From assembly GCA_016748015.1 (NCBI GenBank), contig JAAOMT010000295.1, positions 310,001-374,000 of the forward strand: 64,000 nucleotides of DNA. The letters are read 5' to 3'. This document shows, piece by piece, positions 38,564 to 51,433 of the stretch (position 1 is its first letter; each line of letters starts with the position of its first letter). The translations under genes were made by a program, and so were the position numbers. The DNA comes from Geosiphon pyriformis uo1. Lineage: Eukaryota; Fungi; Glomeromycota. The notes below the pieces were generated by a model. That model was given only the letters and a program-made list of their open reading frames with translations, ran no database searches and was not told the DNA's origin.

Positions 38564-40795
38564 CTAGTCATTTTTGTGTGCAAGCAATTTCATAGCACTC
38601 ATCATCATAGGACTCGAAGCCGTCAGAAATGGTTTCTCAAAGACTGAAATTTCACTCATTGTATGCATAAAATCCTCGTTCATTCTGTAAGCTAAACACC
38701 CACATCGCACTAACTCGTCAACCAACTGTGGATTCAATTCGTGGCAAAGTTGCCTATAACTAATACGATGTGGATGTACTATTAATGCTTGAATAACCTG
38801 GATAAATGACTCGGGAGGAAATTTGTCGGAAAAACGACCCTCTAGGAGATCTGAAACTTGTACTATAGCTCGAATAAATGGTTGAAAAGATTCAACTTTT
38901 TCAAAGTAAAAGAATTCGCAAAATTCTTATGAGTAAATGTTAACATAATGAATAAATTTGAAAAATCAAGTTAAGCAACCTGAAAATTTTCCCTGAGCAA
39001 CTTTGTAATCCATTAAAAATGATGTCCAATCTACAATTCTTCCGCCTAATACCTCATGAAGTTGTTCCTCCATTTCTAGAAGACCTTGGCGCATTTTCTC
39101 TGGGACAGCTTTGATTAAATGGTCATGAAACTCTTTTTTAATTTCTTCACGCCTCAAATCTCCAATTGTAATGAATTTGGTGTGATGAACTATTTTGCAA
39201 GCCAAAACATTGATTTATGACTATAGAAAATGTGGATAGAACATAAGATTTGCGATTATATCTTATTTCTTACCAACTTTTTCTAAAGACAAAACAGGTG
39301 GAAACCAAAATATGAGTTAGTAATTAAATTATTCGGAGCCTAGTTGGAAACAAAACCTTCCAACCAAATTGACCCACTTGTATTTAAGTATTGCTCGTAA
39401 AATGGATCTGACGTAGCATGGACGATATGGCATAAGCGGTCCTGTGTGGTAAAAACTGCTGATGCATCATAGAAAATTTGCAAAGACTCCTCATCATTCA
39501 CCAGATCTTTGAGCTTGTGAGCCTCATCAATGAAAATCACAGGAATGTATTTATTTTTTTGCTGCTGTTCTTTAAATTCATAACATAATTTAGTCATCCA
39601 GTTAAGTTTAAAGGCTCGTTTTTTTGATTGGATATTTGTCAAGGCAAGAAAGTGTTTAAGCAGCAATAAAATTTCTCTCAAGCCTTTTTAACTTACTGAT
39701 GTTGGGATTAAAACCGTCATTTTTATTTCCAAGGAAATCTTTGAGAATCATATCAGAGGTTCCTTGCCATCGATTTGGCACGACTTGATGGTATATTATA
39801 AGAGCCGCTTGTAATTTTTCCAATAGCTTTGTCAAATCACTTCGATTCTGATTGGTTGCTGTGGCTCCTTCAGCATTTCTATTGCCGAGCTGTTGTGCCT
39901 GTGCTTGCTCCAATTTTTGTTTTTTCTCCTCGTTATCTGGGCCTGCGAGCCGGAACCGTTTGAATCCAATTGCTTGGTCTTCAAGGAAATCATGTTCTTT
40001 TTGGCTTTGTGAGTTTTGATTTTGACTAAATTTATCTGCAATTTGACTAAAAAAGGTTTCAAGTTTTGAGCAGAATTCAATGGTGAAGGATGGTAAATCG
40101 GCAAAACCTTTCAAAAATGATAATTTATATTAATGAAAAATAGGAATTAAGTCACGTTGGGACATGGTAAAAGGGATATGAAAATTTGATATTGACGAAC
40201 TAAATGTAATGTTACCTGGTAGGCGTAAATCAAAATGAATTACATGATATCTGTCATCTGCAAGTATCTCGCGAAGTAGCGCCGTTTTTCCTACACTTTA
40301 ACACGATTATCAGTTAGGGTTGCCACACTATCATTGGACGCAGTTTGGCGCAGCAATCTGTTGATTTGCTTTTTTTTACCTATTAGCTCCAACAACAACC
40401 AACCAATACCCACTCTCTGTAATGTTATTTCCACCAGTCAAGTACTCGTGTATCCCCGAAATTTCCTTTTCACGCCCGAAAAAGTGTGGCACACGTGTAA
40501 GAGTGTGGGTTGATGGTAATTTGATCTTTTCATAGCTGCGTAGTGCCTCAGCCCCAATCTCTTGTACGGCACGTAGGTTTTTGATCGCATCAAAGGGGTT
40601 CAAGAGAAGCGATCCTATAATTCTCCCGCAGGATATGGAACGTCGAGTGCCAGTGCCTGATAAATTAAAATTTTTCTTGAGACCTAGCTGATTGTTAAAA
40701 GCTATAGAAGAGTGAGAAGCCAAAAGATAAATGGTTGCCAAAGGATCTTTAAAAAGCCGAGTTGAAGGCGATGGTTTCAACTGTTTTCTTAGCAT
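38564..40795 (-). CDS. Multi-exon P-loop NTPase (archaeal-ATPase/AAA-like, STAND-related), possible mitochondrial presequence
   Basis: FFGREKE pre-Walker motif; Walker A GANSVGKT formed across intron 40296-40379; Walker B VIFIDEAH; last exon ends ...AHKND TAG at 38564. Confidence 0.8.
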
Positions 40796-41061
40796 ATTAT
40801 AATCCGAGATGATAAAATAATAACTTGCGCTTTAAATCTTTTTGGCTGTCATTAAAATAACCTATATATTAGCCTTGATGATATGTTTTACTTTCAAGTT
40901 CCGACTTTTCATCTTTTTGTCTTTTCAAGTTGTGTATAATCTAATATCATTAATCATCATAACTTCCGTTATATTTTAAGATTTTGTAGGTAAGCGATGA
41001 AAAGATATGATAAAAGTTTTAATATACAATTAAAATTATTCTATATTCACATATACATAAA

Positions 41062-44000
41062 TCAGTTTAAGCTGAAAGGAACGATGTCTCCTTCTTGCTG
41101 ATAGGGAGTCGTAGTCGCACTGTGCTGCAGAGAATCACGTTCAGCAAGCATTTGCTTTAATTCTTTTAATCGCTTCTGTAATTTGGGAGCCTCCATAACT
41201 TTTTGCTCGAGGTTTTGTTTTTCTTCTTGGAGAGCCAATCGACGTTCAGCATCTAGTCTTGTAAATACATAGCCGCCCTGACCGTCATACTGAAAAAGCG
41301 GCATTTTTAATTTCACTGTTACAAGCTTTTATTGGAAAATGGGGGAGAATTAAATATTTTTTCAACTTACTTGCAAAATAAAATTATGATATTTCCAGAG
41401 TGAAGGACGATGAGAGACAGTCAATAGGGAAATTCCCAATTCTAAACATATTCATATTATTGATTTTTGGAGCATTAAAATTTTAAAAATATGAAAAACA
41501 TAATAAAAAAGGTTACCAGTAGCGTGCGTGTACATGATCTTTTCAATTCTCATATCTACTGCACTAGTACCTATTGTAAGCATATAAAAAATATTAAAAA
41601 GCAGTATAAACCTTTGAAATGTTTATGGTCATTCAAATATACCTACATTCATCTAAGATAGCATATTTGGGCTTATGATAAAATAATCTGGCCATGGCAA
41701 TCTAGTGGAATTTCAATTTGGTTAGCAAAAATCTCAATGGATTACACTCGAATTTGTTTTGTCCTACCCGTTGCTTATCCCCTTCGGCAAGAGCATCCTT
41801 CCATTCACGTTCTTTATCCCAACCACCTTCACGCTCTACAAGCTTATTTAATTCTACAACTTCCAATATTTCTTGCAAATCATGATCCGTTAGATTACCT
41901 TAAAAAATAAGATTGGGTTTAATCCGTGAAAAAAACAGCAATTTTGACTTTTGAAACATACGTTCTTGCATTTCTTTGACTGTTTCTGGATAAATAATCC
42001 TAGGGAATTGTGAAGTGGAAAAACATTAAATAAGTGGCAAATAGGGGTTTCTTTTTTTTTTTTCAAAAACTCACTGGTCACGTAATGTTCCAAGGGATAA
42101 GTAAGGCCGCTGCGGAATGTAAAATATTTTTTTAGGATTTGGCTTATGTACGGTGCCACCTATGATAAAGGTAATTAATTCAGCAATTATTGATATGTCT
42201 AAGCATATTAGTAAAAATACCCTCACCATAAACAGGCCAGAGTCCACCCAATATTCTGAATAAGCTGCTTTTACCACAGCCGTTAGGCCCAATAATTAAT
42301 AGATGCATGCCAGGCTTAACGTAAAAGGTTAAACTTCTCACAAGAACTTCACCACTGGGTGATACAATGGGTACATTGTCAAATTGAATATTTTCGCTCT
42401 CAAAGACTTGTCCACGATCTGAAAGGAGTTGAGCATTCTCAGGTTGTTCAGCAGAGGCAACTAATTGTTTGCGAAAATGACCGGCTTTCACGTCATCGAA
42501 TACATCCAAAAGCTCAAAAACCTGAAAAAATAAAATGTCTCATGAAGTACGTTTAATAGTCATACAGGTTAAAGAGAAAAATGAATCAAACCTTACACGA
42601 GCAGTATATCCAGCTAACTCGGTGATGTCTTTATACGCATACATTACACGGCCAAATGCATCAGAAGAGCTTAGTAACAATCGACGATTAGTAACAAAGC
42701 CTTGTGAAATCGAGGCATGAAGTATTAGTGAAATCTACAATAATTACAAGAGAGAATATGATAGTCTATATTTGCTCACCTTCTGTTCTTGTACCAACAT
42801 CACCTTCACTGGTACCAGAAACCTTGGAAAAGACGGGAACCGAACAAAGAACGAGCCCCATCGCACCCCATAAATATTTGATGATAAAGTCTTCCATCAT
42901 TCCATGGAAAATATGCTTACGAAAAATTCTGTTAATATGTTTGATTAATGCAAAATAAGCGCGATCTAATATTGTCTTTTCAACTGCATGTCCGGCATAG
43001 AAAGCAATTTCTTCGGCATTTTCAATGAGGCGAGAATGTGTGAAACGAAATTCACCCTATGAATTTAAAAAAAATTAGTCTCGATTCGATTAGAAGATAT
43101 TCGAATGAGTGCATTAAAAGAATTGAACCTCCAATCTTTGTTCTTCAGCCACCATCTTCCCAAAAGGAGGGGTCAGAGCCCTTAAAAGAACAGATGAGAA
43201 ATGCACCAACAAAGATACCCCAAATAACGCTTCCCCGCCAACACTTTTAGATAATTGGTAATTATAGATAAAAATGTCTAAAATCGGCTTTGCCAAATTG
43301 GAGTATAGGGCAGAGAGTGAATTACAAAATTTCTGGGTATCCACAGTGATGCATCTATATTTAAAGCAATCGTGAGTTTCCAAATTTAAAACTTTTAAAT
43401 TGTATTTTGTCAGTTTGTCTTACTGATCAGCGTTTTTTATCCTATCATCTAAATTGCCGATTGTGTAAAATGTCATATCCGATAAGTATTGCTCATGAAT
43501 GTAGTTGGTGAGTCGCGTGCGGAATTGTATGGCAAGCTTGTTTTGCATAAACGTCAACTGAAAATAAAATGATGATGAGCCATCATAAATTTGAAAACAA
43601 ATAAATATAAAGGCTTAAAAAGTAATTACCATACTGTTGGTATAAGTGGCTGGTATGGCAACCAGCATCCACCATACAATGCCTTTTAAGAATTCTCTGG
43701 AATTCTTTCGGACCTAATTTGATTATTTATCAATTTTTAGCCATATGAATGAACAATATGGGTTCTTTAATAATTTGATATGTTATATACCAGTGCACTA
43801 ACAAGACGACCGTCCAAGGCTGCCACATAAACAGAAAGTATCGTTCGAAACACTAATAAAGAGAAGAATTAAGTTTTAAAATGACCTTAAAATTAAGGTT
43901 TTTAGTTAATATATACCTAGAAAGCCCGAGTGGACCAGCAAAAGCCAAAATTCTTTAGATTTGACTCCAGGGACGACAATGCCTAGTAGCCTTCGTAAAC

Positions 44001-44378
44001 GCTCAAAGAATACATGGTCAACCTATACCGAGTCATGAATATGAGAGTTAGATCTGTAATTATGCTCCGAAAGCTACTGGGGCAATCAAAGGAACAACAT
44101 TGTACCGCGACTTTTTGTTTCTTGCCATCAGAGCTGGTCGTTCCGCTTCTTCGAATATCGCGAGTAGCTCTTCTATTACCACCCCCTGAAGCTCCACTTA
44201 CACCTCCTCTTCCTCGGCCATATAGTAGTAGAATAGCGATGATCCATATTGACCGACCCAAAAGGGTTCGATTATTCTGATAAAACTTTAAGAGTTTAGA
44301 AATTGACTCCCTTAGTTGTGGGTTGCTCAGCGAGGAGTTTGAGGCATGGCTGGATAGCTTGGAGAAAATGTTGGGCAT
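41062..44378 (-). CDS. PXA2: Peroxisomal ABC half-transporter, ABCD family (Pxa2-like), many exons
   Basis: TMD motifs [25 protein letters not shown]-like [14 protein letters not shown]; Walker [10 protein letters not shown]; Q-loop YIPQRPYL; Walker B AILDECTSAV; H-switch VSHR. PXA2 rather than PXA1 is inferred from motif style. Confidence 0.9.
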
Positions 44379-44728
44379 CAAGTCGTTTGTATTTAATAAC
44401 AGAAATAAAAATCAAAGAATTCTTTGAAACGAGGGTTTAAAATTAGGAATTGAAAATTAAATATTTATCAACTTTTGATCCTTATAGCCGTCATCAATTG
44501 TTAACGTATTTTAATTTTGTCCAATAATAGCCATGATTGCCGAAATGTGGGACAGAAAAATAAAAAAAATTAGCTTTGATCTAATAATTAAAGCTATCTT
44601 AACACTCATTTTTCATTTCAGGCAATTATCAGATAAAAGCTCTAACTTGAATAACTATGGCCATGAAAATTGATGATTAAACTCTAAATCAAATAATAAA
44701 AAGCCGGAATTTTGCATGATACAAACAA

Positions 44729-46375
44729 TTATGCGACAATATCTTTCTTGAGGGTACCCAAGAACTGATGCTTCTCGGCCGCAGTCTGGAATCGACCATG
44801 ACCAAACTTTGAACTCGTATCGATGAACTAAATGGAGACCATAAATATTTATGTAATAAAGAAAATTCAACGTAAAAATCAATTATAGAAAGAATTTCAA
44901 CAAACCTTCAATGAAATCTTCTCCAACGCAGAACGTTTGCTGTGAACAATCAAGGATTTCCTCAAAGTGAGAACACGCTTCTTGACTCCAACACAACCAC
45001 CCTTGATCATTATGCTGAAGAAAGTGAGGAGTTAACAAATCAATTATTAAGATGAATGGGGCACTATGAATAAAAATTCACTTCAAATTTTTAGGTAAAC
45101 TCACAAATCTTCTTTGACAATCCCGTAATGTGGGAATCCTCCTAAAGGTGTAATTTGCTTTTGAGTTAAATCGTGTTCTGTAGTGGCATTAGACTTATCT
45201 TCTCCTTTCCCGATGCGATAGATTTTCTTATTAACTTCCGTTCGATGATGATAACCATTTTGACCCGCACGTGGCACCGAGTACATTACTCTATCGTCAA
45301 ATTTAGTTTAATAAAAATCAGTCTTGTTTAAAAATCAAAAAGTTTAAAATGAGTGAATCTAATTTACCTAGAAGGATGCCATGCACCTACAATTATGTGA
45401 TATGATAAAGTTGTAAGTTTAAATTGATGACAAAGAATAAAAGAATATAATTAATTAACTCACCGATACAAGCAACCTTTCGGAGACCCTTGTGCGTCTT
45501 TCTAGGAAGCTTTTTTGTTCCCCAACGATGGGTAACCCCTTCAAACCCTTTCCCCTTAGTAACGCCAATAATATCAACAATCTCATCTTGTTCAAACACT
45601 GAAAAAATATCGACATAGTTTTCAAAATGTTTCCTTGCCCAATCGACTTTCTGTGAGATATTTCCTCCGTTTATTTGAATTTCCATGAGATGAGCCTTTT
45701 TTTGGCCAATGTTGATCTTTCCAATTTGGGTATGCGCAAGAACACGAACAACTTGACAATATTTTTTGATTCTTTCCAACTCCCTGTCTATTGGCTTTCC
45801 CTCATTCGCATGTTTCTGCGCATATTTACTATAAGCTTTCTTTTTGGATCGATACCAATTCTTGTAAAATCGACGTTTCAGTTCTTCCGACAGATGATGG
45901 GCCCATACTGTCGTCAATGATCGAAGACCTCGAGGCGTTGCGACGTACCCAACAACCCCAACAATCTGTAGAGGAGGTGTTTCGATTATGGTAACTGCTT
46001 CTACCACTTCCTTTTTGTGCATTTCTGTAAATTATAGAGCATATCATTTATATAAATCATTAAGAGTAGAAATTGTTGTCAAAATAATACACTAATCTTA
46101 CTAGAGCCTGGTCGATCTAAGTCACGGACAACATGGGTCATTCCCGCCTTATAACCTAAGAAAGCCGTCAAGTGAACGGGTTTTGTGGGGTCGTCTTTTG
46201 GAAAGGACTTAACCTTCCCACGATGTCGGCGTGCTCGTTTTCGGGGAAGGAATCCCAAAGACCCATGACGAGGAGCTTCAAACTTACGGTGCGACTGTAA
46301 GGAAATTCACAATTAATTGAGGAATGTAGTAAGACGGATGGATTGGGAGTTTGATAAAAGAATTGTACCCACCAT
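44729..46375 (-). CDS. RPL3: 60S ribosomal protein L3 (uL3); first coding exon is ATG only; includes a 19-nt exon at 45368-45386
   Basis: M|[20 protein letters not shown]...[24 protein letters not shown]...[13 protein letters not shown]; stop at 44729. Confidence 0.98.
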
Positions 46376-46569
46376 TACGTTTCTAAGAGGAATAAAAGAA
46401 ATGGATTTTCACTTGGTATTGTATTTCTTAAAAAAAAAAAATTTATTTATGACGTCACTCTAGGACAGTTATAGATTTCAAGTTTCATTTGAAGTTGGTT
46501 TGTTGAAATTCTAGCTTTACAGAAAGGTTTGAGAGTTTCTCCTTAATTGGGTTCTCGTTCAGTCTCAAG
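46376..46569. promoter_or_regulatory. Short divergent promoter region shared by RPL3 and CK2 beta, with palindromic CRE-type TGACGTCA at 46450-46457
   Basis: Head-to-head genes; exact ATF/CREB palindrome next to an A-tract. Function is inferred. Confidence 0.45.
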
Positions 46570-47158
46570 GTATGTCACTATTTTCTAAAGAGCTTCAATG
46601 TAACTTGTTCCTCTTGCGATTGTGTAAAAAAGAATGCTCTGCCTTGCAACTGCCAAAAACTTAAAGATTTTATGATTAACTTCAAAAAAAATTTGAACTT
46701 GTTTCTTTTTCAACTTTCTTACGTTTGGTCAAACCTCTTTAGAAACAATTTTTGGTTTTTATTATTTTTTTCGGATTTTATTGGGACTCATGTTATAATG
46801 TCCTAAACAATCTTTTTCAAAATAGAACCTCTCATCAAAAGCTAAAATCTTGAAAAATTTGGTCACTCGAAAGAGTATATATTCGCTTCGCTGAAAACGA
46901 TAATCAGTCAAAATTAGTGCCAATCAGTCGACGGTTTTTTCACTTCCCTTCCCTCCTCTATCACCTACTGGTTTCCCAGCGCCCATAGCATTGCAAAGGG
47001 AAGTAGACGATTATTCTTTATTCCGGGGTGATAGAGAGCCCCCCTCCTACTATCAGGACGCTTTGGATAACTCACAACAAAATCCGATCCTCATTGAGGA
47101 CGAGGAGGATATTGAAGAGGGTCAAGGACAGGAACAAGATTTGAACGGTGACGTAAAA

Positions 47159-48171
47159 AGTATGTTGCTAATTTAGTTCAGAGAACTCATTTTAACTTGT
47201 TTCACTAAAAGAAAAATATTTATTTGTTAGTGGACGATCTTACAAGTGGCTCTGATAGCGATTACACTAAATACTGGATTGATTGGTTTTTGTCAACTAA
47301 GGGTAATGAGTATTTTTGTGAAGTTGACGAAGAATACATAATTGATCGCTTTAATTTAACCGGACTCAATTCTGAGGTACAACATTATGTACAAGCATTG
47401 GATTTAATAACAGATTCATTAGGTAAATAATTCATAAGCAATCATTTTGAGTTCATACATGTAACATTCTTGTGCTATTTATATTATTGCTAATTTAGAG
47501 GAAGAGCTGGATGATGAGATGCGAGAACAAGTTGAAAAGTCAGCACGTCATTTGTATGGTTTAATTCATGCAAGGTTTATAATTACAAGCAGAGGTTTGG
47601 CAAAAATGGTATGTTGGGCTGTCAGGGTTTCTTAAAACTAAATTACATTGGCTTAATAATTCTGAGCATATTATAATAGCTCTTTTGAAAGCTATAATCG
47701 ACCTGAAGGTAATATGCTCATTTTCGGTCAATTCCAAAAACGTACTAATATTCTCTTAATCCATGTTTGTAAAAAATAAAGCTTGAAAAATATAAAAAGG
47801 CAGACTTTGGTCGATGTCCTAGAGTTCTTTGCCACAACCAACCTCTTCTTCCTGTTGGACTTTCGGATCAGCCATATACCAAATCTGTCAAGTTATATTG
47901 TCCTCGTTGCGAGGATATCTATAATCCAAAAGCCACACGACATGCCAATATTGATGGTGCCTATTACGGCTCGACTTTTCCACATATGCTATTTCAAGTG
48001 TATCCACATTTGTTACCGCCGAAAAATCACGAAAGATATGTACCTAGAATATTTGGATTCAAGATTCATGATATTGCAAAACAACATCGCTGGCAAGATC
48101 AACAACGGGAAGAACAACAAAGAAGAATTGCAGCAAGTAACAATGAGGGGAACACTAATAACAATCCCTAG
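47159..48171 (+). CDS. CKB1: Casein kinase II regulatory beta subunit; first AUG is split by an intron (A at 47159, TG at 47231)
   Basis: [43 protein letters not shown]; [10 protein letters not shown]; FGRCPRVLC...[12 protein letters not shown] zinc ribbon; [11 protein letters not shown]. Confidence 0.96.
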
Positions 48172-48576
48172 AGAAATTTTCATATCTTTGATTTAAATGA
48201 GGTTAAAGCTTTTTTATAAATCGCTGTATAAATTCGTGCTTCCAGGCAGATCTGGACATTCAAGAGTTACGTTTGGGTATGATCAGACTATTCTAATAAA
48301 GTGTTGAACTAATCGTACAACACAATAGGTTTAAACTTACACTAGAGGAAATCGTTTCCAATCAATATTTTATTAATGATATTGGTGATAATAAAATATT
48401 ACGTTACCCCAAACTACTAGCCCAAATGTGGATTTATTTATTTGGTCAAGTTTGGGGTAAAAATGTAGCGGACTCCTAATCCTATCTATCAACCTTTAAA
48501 TAAATTGGTGTATTCGGTATTTTGTACTTCAATCTTTAATCTTTCCGTCCTTCAAATCATCCACTACGGTCGAAAA

Positions 48577-49315
48577 ATGAGCGAGAAAAACAAGTATGAA
48601 AAATTGGACATAAGAATGTATTCAATTTAAATAACTCAAATTTTTGAAAATTAGACAATATAAAATTTTGGTTGCCGCTGAGAATTCACCCATATCTTTT
48701 AAGGCGATCAAATATGGGTTTGATTTGTGTTCCAGATTCAACACATCATATTCCTTGACGATAATCTACATTGTGGCGTTGAACTATGAAACAAATATCC
48801 CCATTTTGTAAGTTTCCCAAACTTAATTAATTTATTATGTGGATCTCCTAATCTAATTCTCTTCAGACATAATCTTGATCGGGCTAATAATATCGATATT
48901 ATTATGGATGCTAAAGAAACGACAATTAAGCTTGAAGACCATTTGAAAAGATATCATGATTCTTTGGTAAAGAAGTTCATATTGGAAACATCAAAATTTC
49001 AAATAATCGCTAACTTTCGTAATTGTTTCTCACTCATTTAAAGCCTTCAGTCAAGTACAGTTTCCTAAAACATGAAGGACATGGAACAGTAGGCAAGATT
49101 TTACAGGAATATATTGAAAAGACAACACCTGATCTCAATCTGCTTGTTGTTGGATCTCGAAATCTCGAAGGACTACAAAAGGTAAATTCACTTTTTTAAA
49201 ATTATTCAATTATTTTTAATACTGACTATCATGGCTTTCCCAGATTGTTCTTAGTTCAACTAGTGAATACCTGGCTAAACATCTCCATTGTCCTATAGTG
49301 ATTGTCAAATCATAA
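48577..49315 (+). CDS. Universal stress protein (Usp/UspA domain), 5 exons
   Basis: YKILVAAENSPISFKAI...LLVVGSRNLEGLQK|IVLSSTSEYLAKHLHCPIVIVK matches the Usp N- and C-terminal signatures. Confidence 0.9.
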
Positions 49316-49771
49316 AGTGTTATGTCTAAAGGTTTTTGTGTTAAGATTTGCCGACAATACCCATTACGAAGCTTCTCGAAAAATAAAAAATATAAATAAT
49401 TTGTTTGTTTAAATGTTAATTTGGCAAAAAAGTTCAAAGCATAATATAAACAAAATATTTGACTTGATGTTATTCTGCTGAAAACTGGTAGTTGAAAGAT
49501 TTATCGAAATTTTTTATTTTGAATATATTTTACTTGTCGAAGTTTGACAAGATCAAAAGCTAATACAGTAGTATATATTTACACAAATGCGGGAAAAGGG
49601 AAATTTGGAAGTAAAATAGTAAGTAAAGCTATCATTAATAGAAATTTAAAGCTTTCATAAAAGAATTATAGAAAAACATCAATAATTTTGATAAACGACG
49701 CCATAATCAACATCGATACGAAGTTAAGGTTTTGGTAAGTGTAATGATGAAAAGCCGTAGACGATTTTGAA

Positions 49772-50670
49772 TTAGGTTGACGCATCGGCGGTAGATCTTT
49801 TTGGTCTGGTAGATACTTTTTTTGCAGGAGTTGTTTTTTTAGCAGGAGTCGATTTTGAAGACCTAGTAGTCTTTTTGGTAGTCGAAGCTGCTTTTTTAGG
49901 TGGTGCCTTCTTGGCAGCAGGAGCTTTCTTAGTTGCTGTCTTCTTAACAGGAGCAACTTTCTGTAAATCAAAATGGGACCTTATATTTAGTTCAACACAA
50001 TAAGAAATGTACGTGCACCGAAAGAAATTGAAGGTACCTTCTCAGCCTTGGGTTTAACTTCTTTCTTTTCCTTCTTTGGTTTAACTTCCTTTTTCTCAAC
50101 TTCTTTCTTTTCCTTTTTGACGGGCTCTTTCTTCACAAGCTTGATAGTACCACTTGGTCCTATTGTAGCATCAAATTGTAAAAGGGAAACGAGTTATCTA
50201 CTTGATTATGGAAAATGATTATGGAAAAAAACATCCTAAACATATAAGATACCATTATTAAAAGCGAAAAGTTGCTTCTCGACTCCTTTATTTATAGCGA
50301 TTCGGATACGACTATTGGTTGTCGGGTTGTCAGGTAGTTTGTGGGTATTTAACACCCATTTCTTGATAGCTTGACGGCTAAAGAGAATGAAGAGTTCAAT
50401 TTAAACCAAGCTAGATAAAGTCAAGGCAATTCGTTGTGCATGTAAAGCAATTCTTTACCTGCTACCTTTACGTTCTTTCAGAGCAATGATAGCGGCTGCG
50501 CAAATAGAATAAGAAAAGTTGTTTAAAATAAAGCACTTTGAAATCCAGGACGAGTTTTAAGTTTGTAAGCTTATTTTTCGATATTTACCTTTAATCATGT
50601 CTTCATACTTGGGGTGAGCGGAAGCGGCGGTGGCCTTCTTCGTTGATGCCTTGACTGGAGTTCTGCCCAT
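49772..50670 (-). CDS. Linker histone H1
   Basis: HPKYEDMIK|AAIIALKERKGS|SRQAIKK...GPSGTIKL globular domain, then a K/A/P-rich tail with TPAKK motifs. Confidence 0.95.
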
Positions 50671-50817
50671 TTCTGATAACGTTTGTGTTTGAGTTATTTG
50701 ATTTTTCTTGTGTTGTTGAATACGGCTTAAGAAACGGTGCTTTCAATTATTGTAGCAGTGGAAAAGAGAGGAATGTTGACAGGTGAAAATTTGTGGTCAT
50801 CAAGCAAACAGAGGTTC

Positions 50818-51128
50818 CTTATATAGATGGATTAAATTTGGGGTCAAGTCAAAAGATGAAAACATTCCTCACGTTCGATGACTATAGTTGTGGCGGTTGT
50901 TTACATGCTTTTGCCCAAATATGAAATTTATTTCATCATTTCGATTGGTTAACGCCTCACGCGTTCCTATAATAGTGATTTTTTATTATTATGGCTCGTC
51001 GTCCTTCATTCATGATAAGCAGAAAATGATTAATCATAAAATGTAATCATAAGTATCCCATGAAGAACATCTGACTCGTGGTATTCTCTTTTGGGATATG
51101 TTATGTGTAGTACAAACAGTTAACGCGT
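50818..51128 (-). promoter_or_regulatory. Histone H1 promoter: TATA-like (~50819-50826), CCAAT (50944-50948), two MCB-type ACGCGT boxes (50959-50964, 51123-51128)
   Basis: Motifs read directly. MCB is an established fungal G1/S element; function here is inferred. Confidence 0.5.
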
Positions 51129-51433
51129 CTATCTATTCTATTCAATGGAACACCATGGCGCGTAATTCATCCTGAATGTAATCTCGAGAAAAGTGAGCGT
51201 GAAAAACCACCGTCTGGATTAATACTGATTTTTAAACAGCATTGATAGATTGATGCTCGTAGCTCAAGCGTGATAATTCAATGAAGAACTCTTATTATTT
51301 GTTATTAAGGGGTTATATCAGATTGTCTTTAAACCAATAAATCAAAATATTAACATAAAACCATAATTTAATCGAAAAAAGGCTTCTTAAAATGGAGAAT
51401 TATTCAATTGTTAATTATATCATGAAACTGAAT

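Noticed and set aside
44830-46372. Intronic snoRNAs in RPL3, or tRNA genes anywhere in the window
   Set aside because: The introns are short with no convincing C/D or H/ACA boxes; no cloverleaf with A/B boxes was seen.
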